Source: an uncultured Candidatus Saccharibacteria bacterium
Lineage (GTDB): Bacteria; Patescibacteriota; Minisyncoccia; Phycocordibacterales; CAZPGN01
Direction: 5' to 3'
DNA: 59,845 nucleotides
NCBI GenBank assembly: GCA_964586635.1
Contig: CAZPGN010000001.1
Span: forward strand, 11,087 to 70,931
Below the pieces are notes generated by a model. That model was given only the letters and a program-made list of their open reading frames with translations, had not been told where the DNA came from and searched no databases. How positions within the stretch are numbered: position 1 is the stretch's first letter; each line of letters begins with the position of its first letter. This document shows positions 33,101 to 40,223 of the stretch, in pieces. The position numbers and the translations under genes are program-made.

Positions 33101-33268
33101 AGTAAATTTCTTACCCGTATAATCATCGATTGGAGAGAACTCCTTGAATGTCTCCTGGACCCCCTCCTTCAGAAGCCATGCATATGACTTCTGTTGCATC
33201 TCTATTAGATTCGGAAACTCGGCAAGAGGCGCCTTATATTTCGAGAAATGCTTCTGCTGTGTTGTCAT
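30110..33268 (-). CDS. rpoB: RNA polymerase beta (compact, 1052 aa)
   Basis: HYGRVCPIQTPEG, GSNMQKQ, GDKLAGRHGNKG, GQRFGEME. Confidence 0.98.
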   Translation of the reverse strand: MTTQQKHFSKYKAPLAEFPNLIEMQQKSYAWLLKEGVQETFKEFSPIDDYTGKKFTLEFVNLELKEPKFNEHYAKANKLSLDGQLKATIRLTNKILGESKEQEIFLADFPMMTPHGTFVVNGNERIVVPQLARSFGVFFTTNEVKGKLLFGAKIIPVRGVWVEFETEADGAIYVRIDRRRKFSVASLLRVLADIEGKGDSEIFDAFDSLGERIASIKHSFEKDSARTVDESYLEIYKKIRDNDLANASNAREFITGILGKERYDLSLVGRYRFNDRFSLDMGENEMARRTMSFNDLVLIVKHMISLNNTPDAKEDDIDHLGVRRVRGVGELLQLKIRLGLTQMKRYIQDRMSTVDTDITLPTQLISPRPLQARLKEFFTTNQLSQFMGQENIIAELEHLRRLSALGPGGLTRERAGFEVRDVHTSHYGRVCPIQTPEGPNIGLILHLAAYARLNEFGVIETPYRKVVDGRITDEIAYLNALEEENAVIAHAGVRYGDDGILLDTEVEARVKTKPEFVSRDRIQYIDVATNQAYSLAACMIPFLEHDDATRAAMGSNMQKQATPCIVPEAPVVATGIESAAAKYSGRLIYSGIDGEISKVDARQIEVSGKGKTESYSLVNFSRTNQFTAFHQRPVVSIGQKVKKGDLLADASTSEHGQVALGQNALVAFMSWGGANYEDAIILSERLVKKSKFTSIHIEEFSVNVRDTKLGPEITTHDIPNVGESKLKDLDEDGIIRIGAEVHPNDILVGKITPKGETELTPEERLLRSIFGEKSRDVKDTSLRMEHGKKGRVVGIKVFSRDRGDRLESGIIKKVYVEVAQVRNISVGDKLAGRHGNKGIISRILPEEDMPYLADGTPIDVILTPLGVPSRMNLGQILEMHLGLAAHTLGYQAIVPSFMGATATEIHSELLRAGYPRSGKVPLYDGRTGDKFAQDIAIGYMYILKLHHMVEDKIHMRSIGPYSLITQQPLGGKAQGGGQRFGEMEVWALEGYGASHTLREVLTIKSDDIRGRAAAFDAIVKNSELPEPNLPESFNVLVSELKGLALDINLIYE

Positions 33269-33438
33269 AAATATTTGTATTGAGGGCCAAAAAACAAAAA
33301 TGCCACCTATATCTCTACAGGTGTTTATTGCGCTTGGTTTTTATGAGCCGGTCGGCATTCGAACAAGCGTTTATCGAATAGATATTCCTCCTTTGGCGGC
33401 ACTTGGTTTAGCACCTAATGGCCGTATATGCAAGTGTA
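33269..33438 (-). promoter_or_regulatory. ~170-nt rpoB 5' leader with a GNRA-capped hairpin and U-tract (candidate attenuator)
   Basis: CACCTGTA-GAGA-TATAGGTG (33304-33323) followed by GCATTTTTGTTTTTT; AATGCC/GGCATT outer pairing; two AAACCAAGYGC repeats. Confidence 0.5.
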
Positions 33439-33444
33439 TAAGCG

Positions 33445-33473
33445 AGTATATAGATGGTCGAATATCCTGTCAA
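33445..33473 (-). promoter_or_regulatory. Near-consensus sigma70 promoter of rpoBC
   Basis: TTGACA-17 bp-TATACT. Confidence 0.8.
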
Positions 33474-33518
33474 GCAGTTATCCACCGATTACTATACCAC
33501 ATCCTGCTGGGCTGAATG

Positions 33519-33547
33519 AAAAAAGAAACGGCCCACATTTATGGGCC
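33519..33547 (-). terminator. Intrinsic terminator of the small unit upstream of rpoB
   Basis: GGCCCAT-aaat-GTGGGCC followed by GTTTCTTTTTT. Confidence 0.8.
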
Positions 33548-33577
33548 TTGCAACAGGTTCATCAGGTCGTTCCTAAA

Positions 33578-33781
33578 CTAAATCCAAAATCCGCCGTCGT
33601 ACCGGAGGAGATGCTCCTCTTCCGTCGTGAACGGTGGTTTCGCGATAACCACCGTCTTGCCATCCTGCGCCGCCCTATATGCGGCGTAGAATGTCCACAT
33701 ACGTGGATCCACTCGCAGGATGTTTCCATCTCTGCGAGAAATCCTGCTTCTGGAACGAACTGATGCTGATGCCTTCATCAT
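33578..33781 (-). CDS. 67-aa hypothetical protein in its own transcription unit (alternatively a structured RNA)
   Basis: Promoter, GAGGAG SD, ATGATG start and terminator all present; five stem-loops inside the reading frame. Confidence 0.55.
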   Translation of the reverse strand: MMKASASVRSRSRISRRDGNILRVDPRMWTFYAAYRAAQDGKTVVIAKPPFTTEEEHLLRYDGGFWI

Positions 33782-33816
33782 TCTCCTCTACTTACTCTAC
33801 TTCCAATTCACCTTCA

Positions 33817-33845
33817 ATCCTATCAGTGTATTGATAAAATGTCAA
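33817..33845 (-). promoter_or_regulatory. Sigma70 promoter of the small unit
   Basis: TTGACA-17 bp-(TGa)TAGGAT. Confidence 0.75.
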
Positions 33846-33855
33846 TCCAGCCGCA

Positions 33856-34545
33856 TTATTCGCCACGTGCGGGATATTTCCGATGCTCTGACTGCCACGC
33901 TTCTATCTTGCGATGATGTCCTCCGCGCAAGACTTCCGGCACAGAATACTTTTTCTTCTTATAAATAATCGTTTCAGGCCTTGTGTAGACCTTGGCGCTC
34001 GCAACCCTACCCTCTTCGATAGATTCAGATTTGCCAAGGACTCCCGGGATACGGCGAGTGATTGCATCGATAATGACAAGCGCAGGCAATTCTCCTCCTG
34101 TCAAAACATACTCCCCAACAGAATACTCTTCCGCCTTTAACGCCTCTGTAACCCTCGCGTCAATCCCTTCATAACGACCAGCTACAAGAATGATGTCACG
34201 CTTGCTCGTAGCCCACTCTTCTGCAACCGTATTATCAAAGGTTTTACCCTGCGCCGAAAGCACTACGATACGAACGCCGCGCCGCTTTCCTCTGATAGCG
34301 TCTACTGTCCTTAATAGCGGTTCCGCCATAAGAATCATCCCAGGGCCACCGCCATACGGACGGTCATCAACGGTTCTGTGCGCATCGCTCGTAAAATCAC
34401 GCGGATTGGTCGCGCGCACGGAAATCAAACCCTGCTCTTGCGCGCGTCCGATAATGGAAGCTCCTAAATACGAACTAAGGCTCTCCGGAAATAGAGTTAC
34501 GACATCGAAACGCATCTGTTTTTTCCTTTGAAGAGCCATGCTCAA
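33856..34545 (-). CDS. trmD: tRNA (guanine37-N1)-methyltransferase
   Basis: VDDRPYGGGPGM, GRYEGID.R, GEYVLTGGE, R.IPGVLG, VPEVLRGGHH; true start may be 34539 or 34515. Confidence 0.96.
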   Translation of the reverse strand: MSMALQRKKQMRFDVVTLFPESLSSYLGASIIGRAQEQGLISVRATNPRDFTSDAHRTVDDRPYGGGPGMILMAEPLLRTVDAIRGKRRGVRIVVLSAQGKTFDNTVAEEWATSKRDIILVAGRYEGIDARVTEALKAEEYSVGEYVLTGGELPALVIIDAITRRIPGVLGKSESIEEGRVASAKVYTRPETIIYKKKKYSVPEVLRGGHHRKIEAWQSEHRKYPARGE

Positions 34546-34600
34546 ATGAACGCACGTTCACACTTGACCATGCGTACTGTATAGGCGCCACTATTATGAA

Positions 34601-34915
34601 CTACAAGTTCAAGTCGGCCATCGCTTCATCAACGGTTTTGGTGGTCGGACTCGGCAGTGGGGACATTCCGCCGGCGGGCTCGTTGATCTTCAATGTAACG
34701 CGCGCGCGATTTTTCATACCAACGACACGAAGAAGCGTGCGTATCGCTTCTGCCGTCTTGCCTTTGCGCCCAATTATCTTTCCCATGTCTTCGGCATGCA
34801 CATCGAGCGTTATGAGAACTCCCATTTCATCGACAATTCGTTGTATCTGTATATCTTCCGGATGATCAACAAGCATCTTAACTACATACTCAAGAAATTC
34901 CTGGTCTTTCTCCAT
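34601..34915 (-). CDS. khpA: KH-domain RNA-binding protein (KhpA/YlqC)
   Basis: LVDHPED, DMGKIIGRKGKTA.AIRTLL; usual rpsP-khpA-trmD context. Confidence 0.9.
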   Translation of the reverse strand: MEKDQEFLEYVVKMLVDHPEDIQIQRIVDEMGVLITLDVHAEDMGKIIGRKGKTAEAIRTLLRVVGMKNRARVTLKINEPAGGMSPLPSPTTKTVDEAMADLNL

Positions 34916-35035
34916 GACATTCTTTGCAGATTAGTTTTCTAAACAATACAGCTCTGTCCATCCCATCGGCGCCCATATAAGTATACCGCTCTCTGTTCGG
35001 TTCGCAATAAGGGTGGGGTACACAACTCGCGCCAT

Positions 35036-35422
35036 CTAATTGCCGGATGTTTCCGGAGCATGTTCGGTGGCCGCAACAGGTTCCGTTGCTTCGGACTCTG
35101 CTCTTGCCTGTGTTTTCGCGATGCGTTCCTCCTCCATTAGTTTCATTTTTTTGCGCGGAAGAACATCCTTTTTCCCGCCATCAATAAGTCGCTTGCTGAT
35201 GAGAAGATTTCGGACAGTGTTGGACAATTGAGCGCCATTTGAAATCCAGTATCGTATACGGTCGGCGTCAAACCGTGCTGGAGATTTACCCTTACGGGCA
35301 TCGTAAAACCCGAGTACCTCAATGGCATTTCCGCTCTTTGTCTTGCGGCGTGAATCAACAGCCACAACCCGATACGACGGATCATGCTTTTTGCCTACGC
35401 GCTGTAATCGTATCATCAACAT
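35036..35422 (-). CDS. rpsP: 30S ribosomal protein S16
   Basis: IRLQRVGKKHDPSYRVV, IEVLGFYD, YWISNGAQ.S.TV. Confidence 0.95.
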   Translation of the reverse strand: MLMIRLQRVGKKHDPSYRVVAVDSRRKTKSGNAIEVLGFYDARKGKSPARFDADRIRYWISNGAQLSNTVRNLLISKRLIDGGKKDVLPRKKMKLMEEERIAKTQARAESEATEPVAATEHAPETSGN

Positions 35423-35439
35423 ATTGTGCGCGTATGCTA

Positions 35440-36693
35440 TCACGCTCGTTTATGAGGGTCAACAGAGCCCATTAGTTCGCACCTCCTTTTCGCTCGATGG
35501 AATGATATGGCGAAACGGTGCGCTTCGGCATTGGCAAGCAAAATAGAGCTGGCATGCGAGTCGCGATATATTTTGAGCCCCTTTAATTCACGGGGACGAT
35601 GATTATTGTCCTTTGTCACCGCAATAACCGGTATATCTTGTTTGTTCTTCCTTAGCAGGACCTCTGCAGCATTCTTTTGAGCAATACCACCGTCTACGAC
35701 AATGATATCTGGGTAACGCCATTCGTGGTGAGCCAGGCGCCTTTCGAGTATTTCCTTGAGACCCGCTATGTCATCAATGAGATTTGCTTCAAGCGTAAAC
35801 TTGCGATATTCCTTGTTCAGCGGCTCATTGTCACACACAACAGCCATCGCGCCAACGCGCGCACCGCCGAAAAGATGCGCGACATCGTATGCTTCGATCC
35901 TAGGGGAGCGCTGTGTTCTCTCCGAAAAAAGGACGCCCGTATCGCGACGCTTCAAGAGCGCAATGTCATTAATGTGTTCGAGTGCGGCAATTTGTTTCCG
36001 CAGAATGGCCGCGCGCTCAAACGCTTCTTTTATTGCGGCCGCTTTCATTTCCCTTTTTAACGAACGCACGAGAGCCTGTTTTTTGGCTTCGAAGAGCAAT
36101 CGAATACTTCGTATCTGTTTTCTGTACTCCGAAATGGACATCGTCCCCGCGCAAACACCGGGGCATAGTCCTATCTGTGCATTGAAACATGCCTTGCCGA
36201 CCATCGGCTGGCATCTATCCCGATATGGAAATATTCGTCTAATTATACGAAGCGCATCGCGAAGTTCAACATTGCTTGGAAAAGGTCCGAATATATGAGC
36301 CGCTGGAGATGAGAGGCGCTTTCCATCCAATTCTCTTCCCCGTATTGTGAGCACGCGTGGATATTCCTCGTTTGTGATAGCCACAAATGAATAGCTCTTA
36401 TCGTCTTTTTCGCGCGTGTTGAAATACGGCTGATATTTTTTAATCAGCGAGGATTCAAGCAGAAGCGCCTCAAGAACAGAGTCCGTTTTCCGCCAACGAA
36501 CAGAGTCGGCCGCTGTAATCATATGCACTATCTTTGGACCTCGCGCTGTGCGGATGTCAGACGAAAAATATGACCTAATCCGACTCTGAAGGGAAGTCGC
36601 CTTCCCGACATAGAGTATCTCCCTTCCGCGTTTGAAGAAATACACACCTGGAACATCTGGGATTTCTCTTTTTAGAGTATCGACTAGTCTCAT
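35440..36693 (-). CDS. uvrC: UvrC-like excinuclease (GIY-YIG + UVR + RNase H-like, no C-terminal HhH)
   Basis: PGVYFF, LYVGKA.SL.SR, RIEAYD, VVDGG, EAHRFA; ends just after the nuclease domain. Confidence 0.9.
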   Translation of the reverse strand: MRLVDTLKREIPDVPGVYFFKRGREILYVGKATSLQSRIRSYFSSDIRTARGPKIVHMITAADSVRWRKTDSVLEALLLESSLIKKYQPYFNTREKDDKSYSFVAITNEEYPRVLTIRGRELDGKRLSSPAAHIFGPFPSNVELRDALRIIRRIFPYRDRCQPMVGKACFNAQIGLCPGVCAGTMSISEYRKQIRSIRLLFEAKKQALVRSLKREMKAAAIKEAFERAAILRKQIAALEHINDIALLKRRDTGVLFSERTQRSPRIEAYDVAHLFGGARVGAMAVVCDNEPLNKEYRKFTLEANLIDDIAGLKEILERRLAHHEWRYPDIIVVDGGIAQKNAAEVLLRKNKQDIPVIAVTKDNNHRPRELKGLKIYRDSHASSILLANAEAHRFAISFHRAKRRCELMGSVDPHKRA

Positions 36694-36710
36694 TTTTTAT
36701 ATATATGCCG

Positions 36711-39242
36711 CTAGGCAGATTTCTTTTTGAGGGCGCGTTTCAAATACTTCGCTGTATGTCCATTCCCTTCCAGCGCGACTTCTTCGGGTGTTCCTGCCGC
36801 AACCAATTTCCCGCCTCCCGCACCGCCCTCCGGGCCCATGTCAATTATATAATCGGCTGATGCGATGACATCCATATTATGTTCGATAGTTACCACGCTG
36901 TTCCCTTTATCTACGAGCTTCTGGAGCACCAAAAGAAGATTTTTCACATCATCATAATGAAGACCGATCGTCGGCTCGTCGAGAAGGTAGATAGTTTTCG
37001 CGATGTGTTGACGATACAATTCGGAGGCGATCTTGATGCGTTGACTTTCGCCGCCAGAGAGGGTGGTGGATGGTTGGCCAAGTTCGAGGTATCCAAGACC
37101 TACCTCCTCGACAACCTTCAGGCGGTCTGAAATCGCCGGAATATCTTCGAGAAAGGCATGGGCCTCCTCAACGGTCATCCGCAATATGTCATAGATGTTT
37201 TTATCCCGATATGCAATCTCGAGGGTTTCTTTCTCAAACCTTTTGCCGTGGCACACATCGCATGTTACATAGACTGTGGGCAAAAAATGCATCTCTACCG
37301 CAACAAGACCGTTGCCTTGGCATGCCTCACATCGCCCACCTTTCACATTAAAAGAGAAGCGTCCAGATTTCCAGCCACGCACGCGCGCCTCTGGCGTCGC
37401 GGCAAACAGATCTCGGATATGCGTCCACGCGCCGATGTAGGTTGCGGGATTTGAACGCGGGGTCCTGCCGATCGGCGACTGGTCTACTAGCACAACACGC
37501 GAGAGGTATTCGGCCCCGAGAAAATGCGCACAGTTATAGGTGTCATTACTCCGATACCGCCGCTCATATTTAGCTTGCAGATTCTTATTCAATATCTCAT
37601 AAAGAAGCGTTGACTTTCCTGAACCTGATACCCCGGTGATGGCGACGAATTGGCCAAGCGGCATGTCAAGCGAGAGATTTTTTATACTGAATATTTTCCC
37701 TCCACGAATCTTGAGTACCCCTTTATTCTTTTCGCGCCTTGCCTTCGGCATCTCTATTCTCTCTTCATCTCGCAGATATTTCAGCGTGCGAGATTCAATC
37801 ATATTCCGCTTCGCAGTGATTAGTTTTTCGGTCTGACCGGCGACCACAACATGGCCGCCATGTACACCCGCACCCGGCCCGATATCCACGAGATAGTCAG
37901 ATGCGAAAATAGTGTCCTCGTCATGTTCGACAACAATGATGGTATTGCCAGCATCCGCAAGTCCACGCAGGGTTTTAATCAGACGCTCGTTATCGCGCGA
38001 GTGCAAGCCAATGGTTGGCTCGTCTAATACATAGAGCGCCCCAACAAGACGCGAACCAAGCTGGCTTGCGAGTCGTATGCGCTGGGCCTCACCGCCAGAG
38101 AGAGTATGAGCGCGACGGTCTAGCGTGAGATATTCCAGGCCAACGCCCATCATAAATGCAAGACGACTTTTTATCTCCTTCGTAACTGGCAATGATATTT
38201 CCGTTTCCATCCTCGATAGTTTCAGCTTTTCAAAAAACGCATGCGCCTTCTCGATTGACAGCGAGGAAAGCTCTACGATATTTTTCCCACCTATTCGAAC
38301 GGCAAGCGCTTCTGGCCGAAGACGCTGGTTGTTGCATACCCCGCACAGCTCCTCGCCGAAAAAGTGCTTCGTGCCAAGTCCGTGACATTCAGGACATGCT
38401 CCATACGGCGAGTTGAAGGAAAACAGTCGTGGTTCGACTTCGATGAAGGAAAATCCATCTCTCGGGCAAGTAAATGAAGTAGAGAAAATCTTCTCCGAGC
38501 CATCAAGACGAACGCGCACGACCCCATCAGCCTCTCGCAAGGCGTATTCAACATCCTCTGTCAGGCGTTCGCGAAGTCCTTTCTCATTGCTTCCGTAATC
38601 GTCTGTATTCACCGTATCAATAACTACATCGATGTCGTGTTTTTTATTCTTATCGAGCACGATGCGTTCGCGAAGACTATGAACATTTCCTTCGATGAGC
38701 ACCCGCTGGTATCCTTTGCCGAGTAGGTCGTAGAGAAGCTGGTAATACTCCCCTTTTCTGCCGCGCACAACGGGCGCGAAGATGGCGACTGATTTTACGC
38801 CGTCTTTTTGAGCTCCTGCGGCAATGAAATTGACGATTTCTTCCTTGGAGACTCGGGTTATCGATTCCCCGCAAAGAAGGCAGTGTGGAACCCCAACTCG
38901 CGCATAAAACACGCGCATGTAATCGTATATTTCAGTTATCGTTGCGACTGTTGAGCGAGGATTGTTCGAGCGCGATTTCTGGTCAATTGAGATGGCGGGG
39001 GAAAGGCCGGTAATCTCATCCACATCGGGTTTTTGCATCTGGCGCAAGAATTGGCGCGCGTATGCGGACAAACTCTCTACATACCGCCGTTGACCTTCAG
39101 CGAAAATGGTGTCGAATGCAAGCGACGACTTTCCTGAACCCGAAAGTCCTGTAAAAACCACGAACTGATTTCGCGGTATATCAAGGTCGATATTCTTCAA
39201 ATTGTGCGTCCGAGCGCCCTTTATGCGAATTGCGTCTTCCAT
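36711..39242 (-). CDS. uvrA: Excinuclease ABC subunit A, lacking the insertion domain
   Basis: GARTHNLKN, two Walker A motifs (GLSGSGKSS, GVSGSGKST), LSGGEAQR/LSGGESQR; start at ATG 39242 (MEDAIRIK). Confidence 0.97.
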   Translation of the reverse strand: MEDAIRIKGARTHNLKNIDLDIPRNQFVVFTGLSGSGKSSLAFDTIFAEGQRRYVESLSAYARQFLRQMQKPDVDEITGLSPAISIDQKSRSNNPRSTVATITEIYDYMRVFYARVGVPHCLLCGESITRVSKEEIVNFIAAGAQKDGVKSVAIFAPVVRGRKGEYYQLLYDLLGKGYQRVLIEGNVHSLRERIVLDKNKKHDIDVVIDTVNTDDYGSNEKGLRERLTEDVEYALREADGVVRVRLDGSEKIFSTSFTCPRDGFSFIEVEPRLFSFNSPYGACPECHGLGTKHFFGEELCGVCNNQRLRPEALAVRIGGKNIVELSSLSIEKAHAFFEKLKLSRMETEISLPVTKEIKSRLAFMMGVGLEYLTLDRRAHTLSGGEAQRIRLASQLGSRLVGALYVLDEPTIGLHSRDNERLIKTLRGLADAGNTIIVVEHDEDTIFASDYLVDIGPGAGVHGGHVVVAGQTEKLITAKRNMIESRTLKYLRDEERIEMPKARREKNKGVLKIRGGKIFSIKNLSLDMPLGQFVAITGVSGSGKSTLLYEILNKNLQAKYERRYRSNDTYNCAHFLGAEYLSRVVLVDQSPIGRTPRSNPATYIGAWTHIRDLFAATPEARVRGWKSGRFSFNVKGGRCEACQGNGLVAVEMHFLPTVYVTCDVCHGKRFEKETLEIAYRDKNIYDILRMTVEEAHAFLEDIPAISDRLKVVEEVGLGYLELGQPSTTLSGGESQRIKIASELYRQHIAKTIYLLDEPTIGLHYDDVKNLLLVLQKLVDKGNSVVTIEHNMDVIASADYIIDMGPEGGAGGGKLVAAGTPEEVALEGNGHTAKYLKRALKKKSA

Positions 39243-39305
39243 ACCAATGCACGATTCCCCAAGATGATGCTTGGGGTTACTGTGTGAATATATCAAAGTT
39301 GCTCC

Positions 39306-39333
39306 AAAAAAGAAACCCGCCAAGGAGGGCGAG
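39306..39333 (-). terminator. Intrinsic terminator downstream of the tRNA-like gene
   Basis: CTCGCC-ctcctt-GGCGGG followed by TTTCTTTTTT. Confidence 0.75.
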
Positions 39334-39344
39334 CATAAACTTCT

Positions 39345-39419
39345 TCCCATCGGCAGGACTCGAACCTGCAACCTCCGATCTTTTTGAGATCGGTGTTCAG
39401 TCCATTGAACTTCGATGGG
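39345..39419 (-). tRNA. tRNA-like gene, identity undetermined (19-nt anticodon arm; A8, U21; no encoded CCA)
   Basis: CCCATCG-AA-GTTC-AATGGACT-GAAC-A-CCGATCTCAAAAAGATCGG-AGGTT-GCAGG-TTCGAGT-CCTGC-CGATGGG-A; all four stems fully paired. Confidence 0.8.
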
Positions 39420-39444
39420 CAGAAAGTCTTACAATGTATGTCTC

Positions 39445-39472
39445 ATTATATCCAATTTCGAATGAAAGTCAA
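39445..39472 (-). promoter_or_regulatory. Sigma70 promoter of the tRNA-like gene
   Basis: TTGACT-16 bp-TATAAT, ~25 nt upstream of the acceptor stem. Confidence 0.7.
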
Positions 39473-39565
39473 AATTAAGTATAGTTAGTCATGCGGGATG
39501 GCATTTCTGCTAGATTGGTGTAATGAAATGAATGTTAACTTTATGCAGTATGATATAGTTTTGCA

Positions 39566-39910
39566 ATGGATATACAGATTCTTGAGAAACCAATAAGTAT
39601 TGATTCTGCTCGAGAATTTGGGGCACATTGGTACCCAGATTTCTTAAAGGGTTCAGTGGATATTTCAGAAAACAAAATTGCTCTTGGCGGTGATTATCAT
39701 ATTGAATCGGCAGAGCTCTTGGTGAAGCGAGGCTCAAGGCATGAAAATGTGTGGGGATTTAATATTCGCTTCGACGAAAAAGCATCGAAAATCGAATTTG
39801 ACTCTATGATAAACATAAAGCCGCAGTTTAACAATCGAAGCAGAATCATCACGAATGATGAAATCGCGCGCAAGGTCGAGAATATTGTTCGATCATGGAT
39901 TCTATTTTAA
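39566..39910 (+). CDS. DUF5674-like hypothetical protein
   Basis: KGSVDI, IALGGDYH, GS...NVWGFNI, IEFDSMINIKP..NNRS pattern recognised from memory; AT-rich. Confidence 0.7.
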   Translation: MDIQILEKPISIDSAREFGAHWYPDFLKGSVDISENKIALGGDYHIESAELLVKRGSRHENVWGFNIRFDEKASKIEFDSMINIKPQFNNRSRIITNDEIARKVENIVRSWILF

Positions 39911-39917
39911 TCCTTCT

Positions 39918-40223
39918 ATGCTGATCAAGGACGCTCTCTTTTATATGGCGAATGCGCATCCGGAGATCGGCAGAATGGCTGACGCAGAACAAGAAGGAGA
40001 TTTGAGGCGCGCGAACAATGCGCGCATGCGAATACTAGATATTATTGACTGCATTCTTTCGTTCGATACCATCTCGTTTGCGGCCCGCGAGGAATGGTCT
40101 GCTGTCAGAAATCTTATACAGGCGTACGAAATGCTTAGCATATTTGAGCAAAGTATAGTGAAGAATTACGCTGAACCGTTCGCTTTCAAATTTATGCGGA
40201 AATTAGAGTGCGGAGCTCTTTGA
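39918..40223 (+). CDS. Small alpha-helical hypothetical protein paired with the DUF5674-like gene
   Basis: ATG 7 nt after the upstream stop; MAN..PEIGR...YAEPFA pattern; 3' end overlaps the uvrB 3' end. Confidence 0.65.
   Translation: MLIKDALFYMANAHPEIGRMADAEQEGDLRRANNARMRILDIIDCILSFDTISFAAREEWSAVRNLIQAYEMLSIFEQSIVKNYAEPFAFKFMRKLECGAL

Noticed and set aside
34547-34560. TGAAC-N4-GTTCA resembling a Firmicute LexA box
   Set aside because: It precedes trmD, and I saw no such site before uvrA, uvrB or uvrC.
34961-34970. 10-bp match (TCCCATCGGC) to the 3' end of the tRNA-like gene as an att site
   Set aside because: A 10-bp match is expected by chance in 60 kb, and the enclosed genes are housekeeping; no integrase.
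39243-39371. ORF-track N-terminal extension of UvrA (MQVRVLP...)
   Set aside because: It translates the T-arm of the tRNA-like gene and a terminator; the real start is ATG 39242.
39381-39390. TCA in the tRNA-like loop as an opal (UGA) recoding anticodon
   Set aside because: TCA cannot be centred in any pairing register, and TGA is used as a normal stop here (murG, dnaJ).
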